The position numbers and the translations under genes were made by a program. A stretch of DNA of 63,497 nt, counting the filler. It is 6 parts of 6 records of this genome, joined end to end, with 100 filler letters (N's around TTAATTAATTAA, not from the genome) between each part and the next. Parts side by side here need not be neighbours in the genome. Positions count along the whole stretch, not along the records: positions 15,992 to 36,283 come from SRR2962707_4896; 5 more parts are not named here. The stretch is one strand, 5' to 3'. Positions 19,416 to 29,205 of the stretch are shown here, one piece after another (within the stretch, counting starts at the first letter, position 1; every line of letters begins with the position of its first letter). The notes under the pieces are model-generated. The model was not told where the DNA came from. It did not search any database and saw only the letters and a program-made list of their open reading frames with translations.

Positions 19416-20459
19416 ATGAAAATGAACGAGATGGGCCGCACCGGGGTGAAGGTCACAGACTATTGCCTTGGTACAATGACGTATGGCAGCCAGACCACGG
19501 CAGATGAGGCACATCGCCAAATCGATAGCGCGTTGGCGGCTGGCTTGAACTTTATGGATGCGGCAGAGATGTATCCGGTCAATCCAATTCGTGCCGAGAC
19601 CGTTGGTTTGACGGAAGAAATCATCGGCGATTGGTTCGAGAAATCAGGCAAACGATCTGAGTGGGTTTTGGCGACAAAACATTCTGGTATCGGTCAAACC
19701 TTTGCCCGGAATGGCGCGCCAATCACCGGAAAATCGATCCCGGAAGTAATCGAAGGATCATTGCGGCGCTTGAAAACAGATTATATCGACCTCTACCAAT
19801 TCCATTGGCCAAACCGTGGCTCCTATATGTTCCGTCAGAACTGGGCCTTTGATCCCTCGGGACAAAACCGGGAAGACACTCTGGCGAATATGGAAGAATG
19901 CTTGATCGCGCTGCAAGAACAGGTCGAAAAGGGCAATATTCGCCATTTCGGGCTGTCTAACGAAAGCGCGTGGGGCACGGCTCAGTGGCTGGCTCTGGCG
20001 GAAAAAACCGGGGGTCCACGCGTCGCGACCATCCAGAACGAATACTCGTTGATGTGCCGCCTGGCAGATACAGATTTGGCAGAGTTGATGGTCAACGAAG
20101 ACGTCGGGTTGTTGCCGTTTTCGCCCTTGGCCGCTGGATATCTGTCCGGCAAATACAAAGATGGCGCGGTGCCTGAAAAATCACGCATGTCGTTGAACCC
20201 GACAATGGGGGGACGCGCAACTCCCCGGGTTTTGCCTGCGGCTGACGCCTATGTTCAGATCGCAAAAGACTTTGACATTGATCCTGTACACATGGCCTTG
20301 GCGTGGTCTGCGCAACGTCCATTCACATGTTCGACAATTTTTGGCGCCACAAACCAAGACCAATTGGACCATATTCTGGCAGGCCTTGATGTGACGCTGA
20401 GCGACGAACTTTTGACAGCCCTGGACGACACCCACAAAGCGCACCCAATGCCCTATTAA
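19416..20459 (+). CDS. Aldo/keto reductase (Tas-like)
   Basis: CLGTMTYG, DAAEMYP, SLRRLKTDYIDLYQFHWP, GLSNE, IQNEYSL, FSPLAAG. Confidence 0.92.
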   Translation: MKMNEMGRTGVKVTDYCLGTMTYGSQTTADEAHRQIDSALAAGLNFMDAAEMYPVNPIRAETVGLTEEIIGDWFEKSGKRSEWVLATKHSGIGQTFARNGAPITGKSIPEVIEGSLRRLKTDYIDLYQFHWPNRGSYMFRQNWAFDPSGQNREDTLANMEECLIALQEQVEKGNIRHFGLSNESAWGTAQWLALAEKTGGPRVATIQNEYSLMCRLADTDLAELMVNEDVGLLPFSPLAAGYLSGKYKDGAVPEKSRMSLNPTMGGRATPRVLPAADAYVQIAKDFDIDPVHMALAWSAQRPFTCSTIFGATNQDQLDHILAGLDVTLSDELLTALDDTHKAHPMPY

Positions 20460-20471
20460 GTCCTATAAAAC

Positions 20472-20502
20472 CGGGCTGTTCGTGAAACTTTCGGACAGCC
20501 CG
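20472..20502. terminator. Hairpin after the aldo/keto reductase gene
   Basis: CGGGCTGTTCG-N9-CGGACAGCCCG; no U-tract on the + strand. Confidence 0.5.
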
Positions 20503-20545
20503 CGCGCCCTGCGCGATATCCTTAAAAACTGAGTGTTATAGTCAC

Positions 20546-21448
20546 ATGGAATTGTGGATTTACGTCACGATTAGTGCCGCGTTTTTTCAGACACTCAGGT
20601 TTATGCTTCATAAAATTCTTAGTGTGGACGCTCTTAGCGCCACTGGATCAACATTTGCGCGGTTCGCCTTTGCAGCACCGGCGGCTTGGTTGGTTGTTGG
20701 TGCCTATGTCTTTGTCAGCGGTGCCACGTTGCCAACCTTAACCGGGGCTTTCTGGGGCTATGCAATGGTTGGTGCATTGTCACAGATCCTCGCAACTGTC
20801 TGTGTTGTGTTGTTGTTCCATCAACGGAATTTCGCCGTCGGGATCACTTTTAAGAAAACCGAAGTCATTCAAACGGCCCTTGTCGGTGTTGTCGTACTAG
20901 GAGAGGCGATCAGTCTCGGCGGCTGGTTAGCTATTCTGATTGGTCTGATCGGGGTGCTGTTTCTGTCTGAAACACCGGGGCTGGCGGGCAATTGGTTGCA
21001 ACGTATGATGACACGGGCTGTTGCACTTGGTCTGGCCTCTGGCCTGTTCTTTGCGTTCTCAGCCGTGGGATACAGAGGCGCGTCCCTGCAAATTGACAAC
21101 GTAGATCCGCTCATACGCTCTGGGGTGACACTCGTCTGTGTCACTACTTGTCAGGCCCTTGCGATGGCGGCCTGGCTACGGTGGCGAGAGCCTGGTCAGC
21201 TGAGCGTTGTTTGGTCTGAACGGCGCACAGCCGTATTGCTTGGGTTGACGTCAATGGCGGGCAGCCTGTCATGGTTCACAGCATTTACATTGCAAACCGC
21301 CGCATATGTTCAGGCCTTGGGGCAGGTTGAATTGGTGTTCTCGCTTATGGTGTCTGTTCTGTTCTTTAAGGAAACGGTCACAAAACGAGAACTGATCGGG
21401 ATTGGGTTCTTGGCCCTCAGCATCCTCGCTCTGATCGTCGCGCTTTAG
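20546..21448 (+). CDS. DMT/EamA family transporter
   Basis: About 10 hydrophobic segments; RNFAVGITFKKTE and ALGQVEL motifs. Confidence 0.88.
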   Translation: MELWIYVTISAAFFQTLRFMLHKILSVDALSATGSTFARFAFAAPAAWLVVGAYVFVSGATLPTLTGAFWGYAMVGALSQILATVCVVLLFHQRNFAVGITFKKTEVIQTALVGVVVLGEAISLGGWLAILIGLIGVLFLSETPGLAGNWLQRMMTRAVALGLASGLFFAFSAVGYRGASLQIDNVDPLIRSGVTLVCVTTCQALAMAAWLRWREPGQLSVVWSERRTAVLLGLTSMAGSLSWFTAFTLQTAAYVQALGQVELVFSLMVSVLFFKETVTKRELIGIGFLALSILALIVAL

Positions 21449-22146
21449 TCTTGCAAAGAGACGCCGCGCAGGCGCAAGAACAGGCTTTCTTCGTCATCGT
21501 TGCGAAAAAACGGGACAGATAGCGGTGGGCGCCGGTCCGTTAAACGTGCTGAAACTTCGGCTAAAACGACCTCTGTAATAAATGGCAGATCAAAGTTCCG
21601 CACGTCTTCCAGTGGGATCCACTGAAGATGGCTTAGCTCATCCGTCGCTTGCGAGAAATCATCCAGATCTGATTGCAGGGCATCGGCGTCCAGCAAGAAA
21701 AAACGCGCGTCAAAGCGGCGTGGCCGCCCCGGTGGGGTCAATGCCCGGAATACAAACTGAAGGGCATTTGCACTGGGCACGTGTCCTGTCGAAGCAAAAG
21801 TGGACCAATTCTCTGGGATGCTGCCCGTCCATTCTTGAGGCGCCCCAAGAATTTGTCCCGTTTCTTCCCATAGCTCACGAATGGCGGCAGCGGCCAGCGC
21901 CTCAGATATGTTGCCATCGGTGTCTTCTGCTAAACGTCTACGGCACAGCACGGACATGTCGCTTGCCAAGGGGACAGACGCGTCCGAGGCATCCACCGCG
22001 CCCCCTGGGAAGACATATTTATTTGGCATAAAAGCGGCCTTGGCACCGCGTTGACCCATCAGAACCTTGGGAGCTGTATCAGAGTCACGCATGACAACCA
22101 CGGTCGACGCGTCGCGGATCGCGGTTTTGTCTTCAATTTCAGCCAT
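21445..22146 (-). CDS. NUDIX hydrolase
   Basis: FMPNKYVFPGGAVD, AAIRELWEETG, RRFDARFF. Confidence 0.9.
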   Translation of the reverse strand: MAEIEDKTAIRDASTVVVMRDSDTAPKVLMGQRGAKAAFMPNKYVFPGGAVDASDASVPLASDMSVLCRRRLAEDTDGNISEALAAAAIRELWEETGQILGAPQEWTGSIPENWSTFASTGHVPSANALQFVFRALTPPGRPRRFDARFFLLDADALQSDLDDFSQATDELSHLQWIPLEDVRNFDLPFITEVVLAEVSARLTDRRPPLSVPFFRNDDEESLFLRLRGVSLQD

Positions 22147-22167
22147 CGGTTCCTCAATCGTGAAAAG

Positions 22168-22560
22168 TTAGGATCCGGAATTGCCGAAACCGTGCATATG
22201 TCGTGCCCACTGAATGGCGACAACGACACCCTTTAATCTGGGGAGAAGGTAAAGCGACAATCCAATGCAGCCAACAGCAAAAACGGTGAATAATGTTAAT
22301 GGGTCGGGACGTAACCACGTGAAAACGAGCAGTAACAGGGGGGCCATGATATGTCCGACGATCAAAATCGTCAGGTACGCCGGTCCGTCGTCGGCCCGGT
22401 GGTGGTGCAATTCTTCCCGGCAGACCTGGCAGGAGTCTCGAACTTTCAAATAGTCCTTTAGCAAAGGCCCGCTGCCACAGTTCGGGCAACGCCTGCGCCA
22501 TCCGCGCCATATCGCTGGCCAGATCGGTCGTTCCGTCGTCTGTGTAATTTCCTCATGCAT
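22168..22560 (-). CDS. DUF983 family membrane protein with a Zn-ribbon-like N-terminus
   Basis: RCPNCGSGPL...CQVC...HHRADDGPAYLTILIVGHI...LLPRLKG. Confidence 0.88.
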   Translation of the reverse strand: MHEEITQTTERPIWPAIWRGWRRRCPNCGSGPLLKDYLKVRDSCQVCREELHHHRADDGPAYLTILIVGHIMAPLLLLVFTWLRPDPLTLFTVFAVGCIGLSLYLLPRLKGVVVAIQWARHMHGFGNSGS

Positions 22561-22682
22561 GGTGCTTCCCGTCTCTCCCTCGTGAAGCGTGCAGATCCTA
22601 GTGGTAAGTAATTTTGTCCAAACTGTCGTTGCGTCTGGTTGTCGCAAATCACGCATCCGTGAAGAAAAAACGCGTCTGATCT

Positions 22683-22711
22683 GCGACGGAAGTTCAGAGT
22701 TGGCCCGTATG
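22683..22711 (+). promoter_or_regulatory. Putative ECF-sigma promoter upstream of the EF-hand/sigma cluster
   Basis: GCGACGGAAG...CCGTATG. The CGT-containing -10 resembles CnrH-type promoters as recalled; this is inference. Confidence 0.45.
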
Positions 22712-22775
22712 AGTATTCAGAACGCGGCTGAAAAGGGCCGCATTCAGAGGCACTACACAAGGATGGAGACCTAAT

Positions 22776-23261
22776 ATGAAACGTGCACTGATTATCTCGA
22801 CGACGGCTGCTCTTGGACTTGCAATGCTGGCAACAACCGCCACGGCACATGATGATCAAAAAGGTGGTAAGCGCGGCGGACCACGTGGCCCTCAGATTGA
22901 GTTCTCGGAAATCGACACCGATGGTGATGGCAAAATCACTCAAACTGAAATGGATGCTCATCGTCAGGCGCGCTTTGATGCGATGGATACCAATTCAGAT
23001 GGGTCCCTAAGTACAGAGGAACTTTTGGCGGCACGTGAAGGCGCAAAAGAAAAACGGATGGCCCGCATGATCAAACGCATGGACGCCAACAATGATGGAG
23101 CCCTGACTGTCGATGAAATGGGCCCGAAGGGGGACAAAGGCGATATGTTTGCCAAGTTGGACACCGACGGTGACGGCGCAATCAGCGAAGAAGAGATGAA
23201 AGCTGGTAAAGGCCATCGCAAGGGCAAGGGCGGACGTTTCGGTAAGTCGTCTGATAAATAA
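22776..23261 (+). CDS. Secreted/periplasmic EF-hand calcium-binding protein
   Basis: Signal peptide; four DxDxDG-type loops (DTDGDGKITQTE, DTNSDGSLSTEE, DANNDGALTVDE, DTDGDGAISEEE); GGAGA RBS. Confidence 0.9.
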   Translation: MKRALIISTTAALGLAMLATTATAHDDQKGGKRGGPRGPQIEFSEIDTDGDGKITQTEMDAHRQARFDAMDTNSDGSLSTEELLAAREGAKEKRMARMIKRMDANNDGALTVDEMGPKGDKGDMFAKLDTDGDGAISEEEMKAGKGHRKGKGGRFGKSSDK

Positions 23262-23350
23262 ATGAGGGATCCGTCTGGGGGCGACTTAATCGTTGCTCCC
23301 AGACTTCGGGGATTGTCGGGTTCGTTTAGAAAGGTTAGGCCGATTGGGAC

Positions 23351-23938
23351 ATGACTATGCCCTATGACGCGTTAAGCGACGAAAGTGATGACGCCCTGTT
23401 GGCGCGCTACGCCAACGGTGATGCTGCTGCGGCTCGGGCGTTGACTATGCGGTTGACCCCTCGGGTATTTGGCCATGCGTTTCGCCTTTTGGGGGATCGG
23501 GCCGAGGCTGAGGACATCACGCAAGACGCCTTGCTCCGCTTGTGGCGGATCGCCCCTGAATGGCGCGAAGGTGAAGCCAAAGTAACGACTTGGTTGTACC
23601 GCGTGACAGCAAATCTCTGCACCGATAGGATGCGTAAAAAGCGTCCTTCGGGTATGGATGAAGTTCCTGATATGGCCGATGGCGCCCCCGGCGTTGCCGA
23701 AAACTTGCAGCAAAAAGAGCGGGCTGTCGCTTTGCAAACGGCCCTTGGGGATTTGCCAGAGCGTCAACGACAAGCTGTGGTTTTGCGGCATATCGAAGGG
23801 TTAGGTACACCCGAAATTGCCGATGTAATGGACCTAAGTCCTCGTGCTGTAGAAAGTTTGGTTGCGCGGGGCAAACGAGCTTTGACAAATTTGTTGAAGG
23901 GTCGAAAGGATGAACTGGGGTACACCGATGATCAATAA
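23351..23938 (+). CDS. ECF RNA polymerase sigma factor
   Basis: AEDITQDALLRLW, TWLYRVTANLCTDR (region 2); LPERQRQAVVLRH...AVESLVARGK (region 4). Confidence 0.95.
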   Translation: MTMPYDALSDESDDALLARYANGDAAAARALTMRLTPRVFGHAFRLLGDRAEAEDITQDALLRLWRIAPEWREGEAKVTTWLYRVTANLCTDRMRKKRPSGMDEVPDMADGAPGVAENLQQKERAVALQTALGDLPERQRQAVVLRHIEGLGTPEIADVMDLSPRAVESLVARGKRALTNLLKGRKDELGYTDDQ

Positions 23939-24296
23939 GACTGAAAATGATGTGCTGGACGAGTTCTTTGATGCGGCCCGCGCGGATGCGCCGGAGCCTT
24001 CAGCAGAATTTATGCTACGCATGCAAGAGGCGGCCCTTGCGGCCCAGGTTGTACGCGATGCAAGCCCAGTCCGGGTTGGCATATTACGCCAATTTATGAC
24101 AGCAGTCGGTGGATGGCCCACCTTGGCCGGGCTGTCTGCAACCGCATTGGTCGGCGTTTGGATTGGGGCAATGCCGCCAGATGCGATGGCGGATAGTGTC
24201 TCGGCCTATTTAGGGACGAGCAGCGGTTTTTACGAAGGCACAGATTCAATCGTCGATCCGCTCAGCGGTTTTGATTTCGGTTTTTCAGAGGGTTAG
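23928..24296 (+). CDS. Probable single-TM anti-sigma factor
   Basis: Overlaps the sigma gene; short cytoplasmic N-terminus, GGWPTLAGL...VGVWIG TM segment. Confidence 0.7.
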   Translation: MINKTENDVLDEFFDAARADAPEPSAEFMLRMQEAALAAQVVRDASPVRVGILRQFMTAVGGWPTLAGLSATALVGVWIGAMPPDAMADSVSAYLGTSSGFYEGTDSIVDPLSGFDFGFSEG

Positions 24297-24298
24297 GC

Positions 24299-24814
24299 AT
24301 GAGTGAGAAGAAAACCACAGCCGCGGTAAAGCCGACACGCTGGGTGCGCATATTGCTGATCGTTTCGCTGGGGCTCAATCTTTTGATCCTTGGCTCTGTC
24401 GTCGGCCTGATTGCACGCGGCGGGCCGGATGGCCGCATGCCACCGCCCGCTCGTGACATTACAGCGCCTTACACCAGATCCTTTTCTTCGGAAGATCGGA
24501 AATCATTGCGGAAATTCTTGCGTGACGAATACCGAGGTAAGACAACCCGACGTTCTGATATTTTTCAGGAGTACCGGCAGGCCATTGAGTTGCTGCGTGC
24601 GGATCCTTTAGACGGAGAACGTTTAGACGCTTTGTTGGCGGAACAAGGAAAACGGGCGACATCGCGTTTGGACGCAGGTCAACGGGCTTTGGCTCAGCAT
24701 CTGAAAGCGATGAGCTTGGAAGACCGGATTTCCTATGCGTCCAGACTAGAAGAAGAAGTTAACAAGTTGACGAAGCGGGAAAGCCATAAGGGCCAGCCTC
24801 CGAAACGCCCCTAA
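24299..24814 (+). CDS. Periplasmic heavy-metal-sensor family protein (CnrX/ZraP/Spy-like helical)
   Basis: LLIVSLGLNLL anchor, LRADPLD, MSLEDR helical motifs; third gene of the sigma operon. Confidence 0.78.
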   Translation: MSEKKTTAAVKPTRWVRILLIVSLGLNLLILGSVVGLIARGGPDGRMPPPARDITAPYTRSFSSEDRKSLRKFLRDEYRGKTTRRSDIFQEYRQAIELLRADPLDGERLDALLAEQGKRATSRLDAGQRALAQHLKAMSLEDRISYASRLEEEVNKLTKRESHKGQPPKRP

Positions 24815-26183
24815 TTTCTGTCGTTGTAAAACAAACTTTGCTACGGTCACCCTCTTTGGCGCGGTAGAGGGCTTTGTCTGCTTTGGCGATCAGGCTATCC
24901 GGGCTTTTTAAGGGCTCATTTCCTCGATAGATCGTGGCGCCAATGCTTGTACTGACGGCAATAACAACCTTTGAATTTGCCGCATTTGTGGTGGTCTTTG
25001 AAACGGCGTTTTGTAGTCGGAAGGCGATTTTCTGAGCCTCACGTTTGTCTGTGTCCGGCAGAATAACCAAGAACTCATCTCCGCCGATACGGGCAACTGT
25101 GTCTACGGGACGGATGTTTTCGGCGAGGGCCTGACTGGCGGTTTTCAAGACCATGTCGCCAATTGTATGCCCGAATTGGTCGTTGATTTTCTTGAAGTGA
25201 TCGAGATCGACAATGAACAAGGCAAAGGGCTTACCCGTTTTTGCGGATTTTTCTGAGATCCTGCGCAGATGAGGAAGGGCGTAGCGTCTGTTGTAAAGCC
25301 CGGTCAAAGGATCTGTGACGGATGCACGAAGCCCTTCGTCGAGCGCTCGGGTCAGCCGCTCAGCATGGCGGCTTCGCACCAATTGCCGGTTCAATCGAAA
25401 AACAAGCTCATTTGCGTCGAACCCATGGCACATGACATCGTTGGCCCCAAGATCCAGCGCATTGACCCCTTTGAAGGCCTCATGATGCGGCAGGACAGGG
25501 ATGACAACCGAATGTCGAGATGCCTGATTGGTCCGAATGTTGGATATAACCGACAAAGCGGCCTGTGACCCAGATGCGCAGTCAAGTATATATGCGTCCA
25601 TCCGGTGAGCCGCGTTCGCAGGGTCCAGCACATCCATTGGGCTGGATATCAAAACACTGTCAGGTATTTTGCGTTGCAAAGCATTTTGCCAATACAGGCC
25701 TCGCGTTGTATCCGATGTGATCACAGCGACCTTTGCCTGGCCAAGACCGGCCGGGACCGTTTCTGCCATACTTAATGCCAGGTGCGTTTTCTCATGTTCG
25801 CTTTGTTCGATAAGCGAATGGCGCAAGCGAAAGAGATTTCTTAACTTTGCAAGCAACAAATCCTTGTCCAAGGGATAACATATGAGGTCTTCGGCCCCAT
25901 TTGCCAAAGCTGAGACGCGGCTTTTGTGCCCGTGTTGTGTCAGCGCCAAAAGAGGGACATTTGCGGCACTCGCGCTGTGCAACGCTTTGATCGTGGAGGT
26001 CTTAGAGATGTTGTCGAGGAGTTGTGCGGCGATGACGACGTCGAAGTCGCAATTGCATAACATCGTTTTGGCTTCGGCAAGGGTCGATGCTGTTCGGACG
26101 GTGTAAAAGGCAGAATCCAAGCTCGCCCGCAACTCAATCCGTTGGGTCGAAATACTGCTTGCGATTAACACTGTTCCTGCCAT
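24759..26183 (-). CDS. PleD-like diguanylate cyclase with degenerate receiver domains
   Basis: Two REC-like domains, TDPLTGLYNRR, DLDHFKKIND, RPVD I-site, RIGGDEF. Confidence 0.9.
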   Translation of the reverse strand: MAGTVLIASSISTQRIELRASLDSAFYTVRTASTLAEAKTMLCNCDFDVVIAAQLLDNISKTSTIKALHSASAANVPLLALTQHGHKSRVSALANGAEDLICYPLDKDLLLAKLRNLFRLRHSLIEQSEHEKTHLALSMAETVPAGLGQAKVAVITSDTTRGLYWQNALQRKIPDSVLISSPMDVLDPANAAHRMDAYILDCASGSQAALSVISNIRTNQASRHSVVIPVLPHHEAFKGVNALDLGANDVMCHGFDANELVFRLNRQLVRSRHAERLTRALDEGLRASVTDPLTGLYNRRYALPHLRRISEKSAKTGKPFALFIVDLDHFKKINDQFGHTIGDMVLKTASQALAENIRPVDTVARIGGDEFLVILPDTDKREAQKIAFRLQNAVSKTTTNAANSKVVIAVSTSIGATIYRGNEPLKSPDSLIAKADKALYRAKEGDRSKVCFTTTEIRGVSEAGPYGFPASSTC

Positions 26184-26252
26184 GCCTGCCGATGCCTGCT
26201 TGCCTTGTTCCAATGATAAGTTTTATGTCTCGTGGTTAAGAAAGTATTTCTG

Positions 26253-26549
26253 ATGGCGGAGAAATTAGCGGTGGATCAAGAAATTGCTGAAACGATTGGC
26301 CTTCAGGCGATTGGTTGGCTGGCCGAGAACGAAGAATTGTTGCCAGTTTTTCTGGGGTCCAGCGGTGCCGGGCTCGATGACTTGCGCGCAGGTGTCACAG
26401 ACCCGGCAATGCAAGGTGCTGTTCTGGACTTTCTGTTGATGGATGACGCTTGGGTTACGGGCTTCGCGGACTCAATCGATATGCCCTATGAAAGCATCTT
26501 GCAGGCACGGGTGCATTTGCCGGGCGGCGAACAGGTTCATTGGACGTGA
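26253..26549 (+). CDS. DUF3572 family protein
   Basis: AETIGLQAIGWL...FLGSSG...VLDFLLMDD...LPGG; divergent from the PleD-like gene. Start uncertain. Confidence 0.8.
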   Translation: MAEKLAVDQEIAETIGLQAIGWLAENEELLPVFLGSSGAGLDDLRAGVTDPAMQGAVLDFLLMDDAWVTGFADSIDMPYESILQARVHLPGGEQVHWT

Positions 26550-27247
26550 GTGGACCCTTGCGTGTTGATGGCGTGCTGTTTGACAAAGACGGCACATTGT
26601 TTGATTTCAGCGCGACATGGGACGTATGGGCCCTTGGGGTGTTTGAGCAATTCTCGGCAGGGGATGCTGATGTGCTACGGGATTTGGCGCGCGTCGCCTG
26701 TTACAATTTGGATGAGGCCCGCTTTGAGCCGACCAGCCCAGTGATTGCGGGAACCAACCGGGAAGCGGCTGAATGCTTGGCCGCTGCCTTGCCTGCCAGA
26801 TCTGTCGATGACATCGAAGACATCCTGAGATTGGCCGCGGCAGATGCCCCTTTGGCACAGGCTGTTCCTTTAGCACCCTTTCTGGATGGCCTGGGCGCCC
26901 GCGGATTGGCGTTGGGCGTGATGACCAATGACACGGAATTCGGCGCGTTTGCGCATTTGCGAAATGCCGGTGTCGATCAAAGGTTTGACTTCGTCGCTGG
27001 GTTTGACAGCGGGTTCGGGGCAAAGCCATCACCCGCGCCTTTGCTGGCCTTTGCAGAGCATGTAAATCTGGCACCTGAACGGGTGGTGATGGTAGGCGAT
27101 AGTACGCATGATCTGATTGCGGGACGTTCTGCCGGTATGTTGACAGTTGGAGTTCTGACCGGGCCGGCCAACAGGGCGGAATTGGCCCCTTTCGCAGATG
27201 CTGTTTTGCCTAATATCGGACACTTGGACGCTTGGATTCAAGCATAA
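26546..27247 (+). CDS. HAD family hydrolase (phosphoglycolate phosphatase-like)
   Basis: LFDKDGTL, MTND, KPSP, MVGDSTHD; GTGA overlap with the upstream stop. Confidence 0.9.
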   Translation: MSGPLRVDGVLFDKDGTLFDFSATWDVWALGVFEQFSAGDADVLRDLARVACYNLDEARFEPTSPVIAGTNREAAECLAAALPARSVDDIEDILRLAAADAPLAQAVPLAPFLDGLGARGLALGVMTNDTEFGAFAHLRNAGVDQRFDFVAGFDSGFGAKPSPAPLLAFAEHVNLAPERVVMVGDSTHDLIAGRSAGMLTVGVLTGPANRAELAPFADAVLPNIGHLDAWIQA

Positions 27248-27359
27248 GGTGCTTGGCTGCCCGCAAGATCTAGGACCTTTACATCTTCTGCCTTCCTAAG
27301 CGTCTGACTTGCGCCGCTTTGTGGGCCGTTGCATGCTTGGCATCAAACGAGGTGTCCAA

Positions 27360-29108
27360 ATGCGCTCTGTGATCCATGATAGCAGTCAACGGCCAATACT
27401 TGGCATTGTCGGACTGGCCGCCGGTCTATCAGCCTGGCTGATGGCTGAAATTATGCCAGATTTACTGAACAGCGACCGGCTTTACCTGTTGGTGGCTTCA
27501 ACCAGTTTTGGTTTCTTTTCAGTGCTTTTGGGCTTGCTTGGCCCGTCTCGGATCTTGCGGGCCTTACCGCTTGCGATTGCTATTGGTGGGGTTTCTGGCG
27601 CGCTTCTGACTTGGGCGTCATGGCGCCACGATGACATCTCAAGCTTTCTGGGGCTGGGGTATCCCTTGGCCGCTTTTGGCATGATTTTGTTTGTCTCTCT
27701 CCCTTTCGCAGCTGCCTATTTACGCGAGTCCGGAAGGTGGCGAGATTACCCTCTGCTGTTCGATTTCAGTTGGCGGATTCTGGTGCGATATCTGGCGGCA
27801 GGGCTGTTTTTGGGTGTCTTTTGGGCCTTGGTCTTTCTATCGGACGCCTTGCTGAGAATTGTTCAGATCACCGCTATTGACCAGTTGCTGGACATTGAGG
27901 CAGTGCCCTATCTGTTGAGTGGCGCGGTCTTTGGACTGGCCTTGGCTGTTGTCTATGAAATGCGGGCCTATATGTCCGCATTTTTGGTGCTGCGCTTGTT
28001 GCAAATGTTGTTGCCAGCCGTCTTGATCGTGGTTCTGGTCTTTGTTCTCGCTCTGCCGTTCCGTGGGCTTTCTGGACTTGTTGGATCTTTGTCGCCTGCG
28101 GCAACGTTGATGACAGTCGCATTGGCGGCGGTGACATTGATCACGGTGTCTGTAGCACAAGACGATGAAGGTGCTGCCACAGGGCGCGTGTTTGGCGTGT
28201 CAGCGCAAGTCTTAGCCTTGATTGTCCCACTTCTTGGGGGATTGTCGGTCTATGCGGTGTGGATGCGCGTAGAGCAATATAGCTGGACACCAAACCGATT
28301 GGCCGCAGCAACGGCCGCGGGCGTCATTACGATCTATGGCGTGACTTATGCGCTTTCTGTTTTGCGACGGGGCGCTTGGATGGCACGGATCAGAGCGGCC
28401 AATGTCGTGGTCGCTTTGGGCCTTCTTGGGATTTGCACTGTTTGGTTAACGCCCGTTTTTGTCCCGGAACAGATCAGCGCAAACGCTCAACTGACGCTCT
28501 ACGCATCACGACACCCGACAACAAAACTCCCACCATTGTTCGAGTTGAAAAACGAATGGGGTGTGGCGGGAAACGACGCCATTGTTCGATTTGAAACCAC
28601 GTATCCTGAGGTGGTCAAAACAGCAGAGTATCAAAGAACACTCGAGAGCAGATACAGTCAAGCCGTGACAGAACCTGTCGATATATCAACCGATTTGGTA
28701 GCCGAACTCCCCGTGTTTCCTAAAGAAACCGACGCGGCGCCGACCTTACTGTCCGGGCTTTCCTCTTATTGGCTTAAGGAACTCCGGTCCGCGTGCCAGC
28801 GTTCTCGAAAGGGAAACCCGGGGTGCGCGTTGATCGTTGCTTCCTTTCATCCAGCGCATGACAAGATGCGGGGCGTGCTATTTCTACGTCAGGAAGGGGG
28901 CCGTGTTCGGGCCATGTCGTACCGATATGACAAAGGCGAATTGTCGGGCTTCGGTTCGGTTCAGGAAATGCGTGGCGTAAACGCGACTTTGTTGCCTGAT
29001 ACTGTTTTGGACAAGGTTTTTTCAGGCGATTTTGCGGTCAAACAATCGAAAACTAACGCGTTGTTCGTAGATGGTTTTGAGTTATTACCCAACGTCGACA
29101 CAGAATAG
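27360..29108 (+). CDS. Multi-pass membrane protein (DUF4153-like)
   Basis: Many TM segments, RVEQYSWTPNRL motif, soluble C-terminal domain. Confidence 0.75.
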   Translation: MRSVIHDSSQRPILGIVGLAAGLSAWLMAEIMPDLLNSDRLYLLVASTSFGFFSVLLGLLGPSRILRALPLAIAIGGVSGALLTWASWRHDDISSFLGLGYPLAAFGMILFVSLPFAAAYLRESGRWRDYPLLFDFSWRILVRYLAAGLFLGVFWALVFLSDALLRIVQITAIDQLLDIEAVPYLLSGAVFGLALAVVYEMRAYMSAFLVLRLLQMLLPAVLIVVLVFVLALPFRGLSGLVGSLSPAATLMTVALAAVTLITVSVAQDDEGAATGRVFGVSAQVLALIVPLLGGLSVYAVWMRVEQYSWTPNRLAAATAAGVITIYGVTYALSVLRRGAWMARIRAANVVVALGLLGICTVWLTPVFVPEQISANAQLTLYASRHPTTKLPPLFELKNEWGVAGNDAIVRFETTYPEVVKTAEYQRTLESRYSQAVTEPVDISTDLVAELPVFPKETDAAPTLLSGLSSYWLKELRSACQRSRKGNPGCALIVASFHPAHDKMRGVLFLRQEGGRVRAMSYRYDKGELSGFGSVQEMRGVNATLLPDTVLDKVFSGDFAVKQSKTNALFVDGFELLPNVDTE

Positions 29109-29205
29109 AGCCCGGTCGTGGCACCGATGAAATACGAAAAATTGAAGTTGTATCGAGCTTGTTAACCTGATCACGCCAGACTGCTGGAAAAAGTGGTAAT
29201 GTTGC

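Noticed and set aside
22776-23261. EF-hand protein as a lanmodulin
   Set aside because: The loops lack the position-2 Pro of lanmodulin EF hands, and no lanthanide-uptake or xoxF genes are nearby.
26184-29205. TTAA(C) half-sites upstream of the cyclase genes as CtrA boxes
   Set aside because: No full TTAA-N7-TTAA site seen; half-sites are too common to call.
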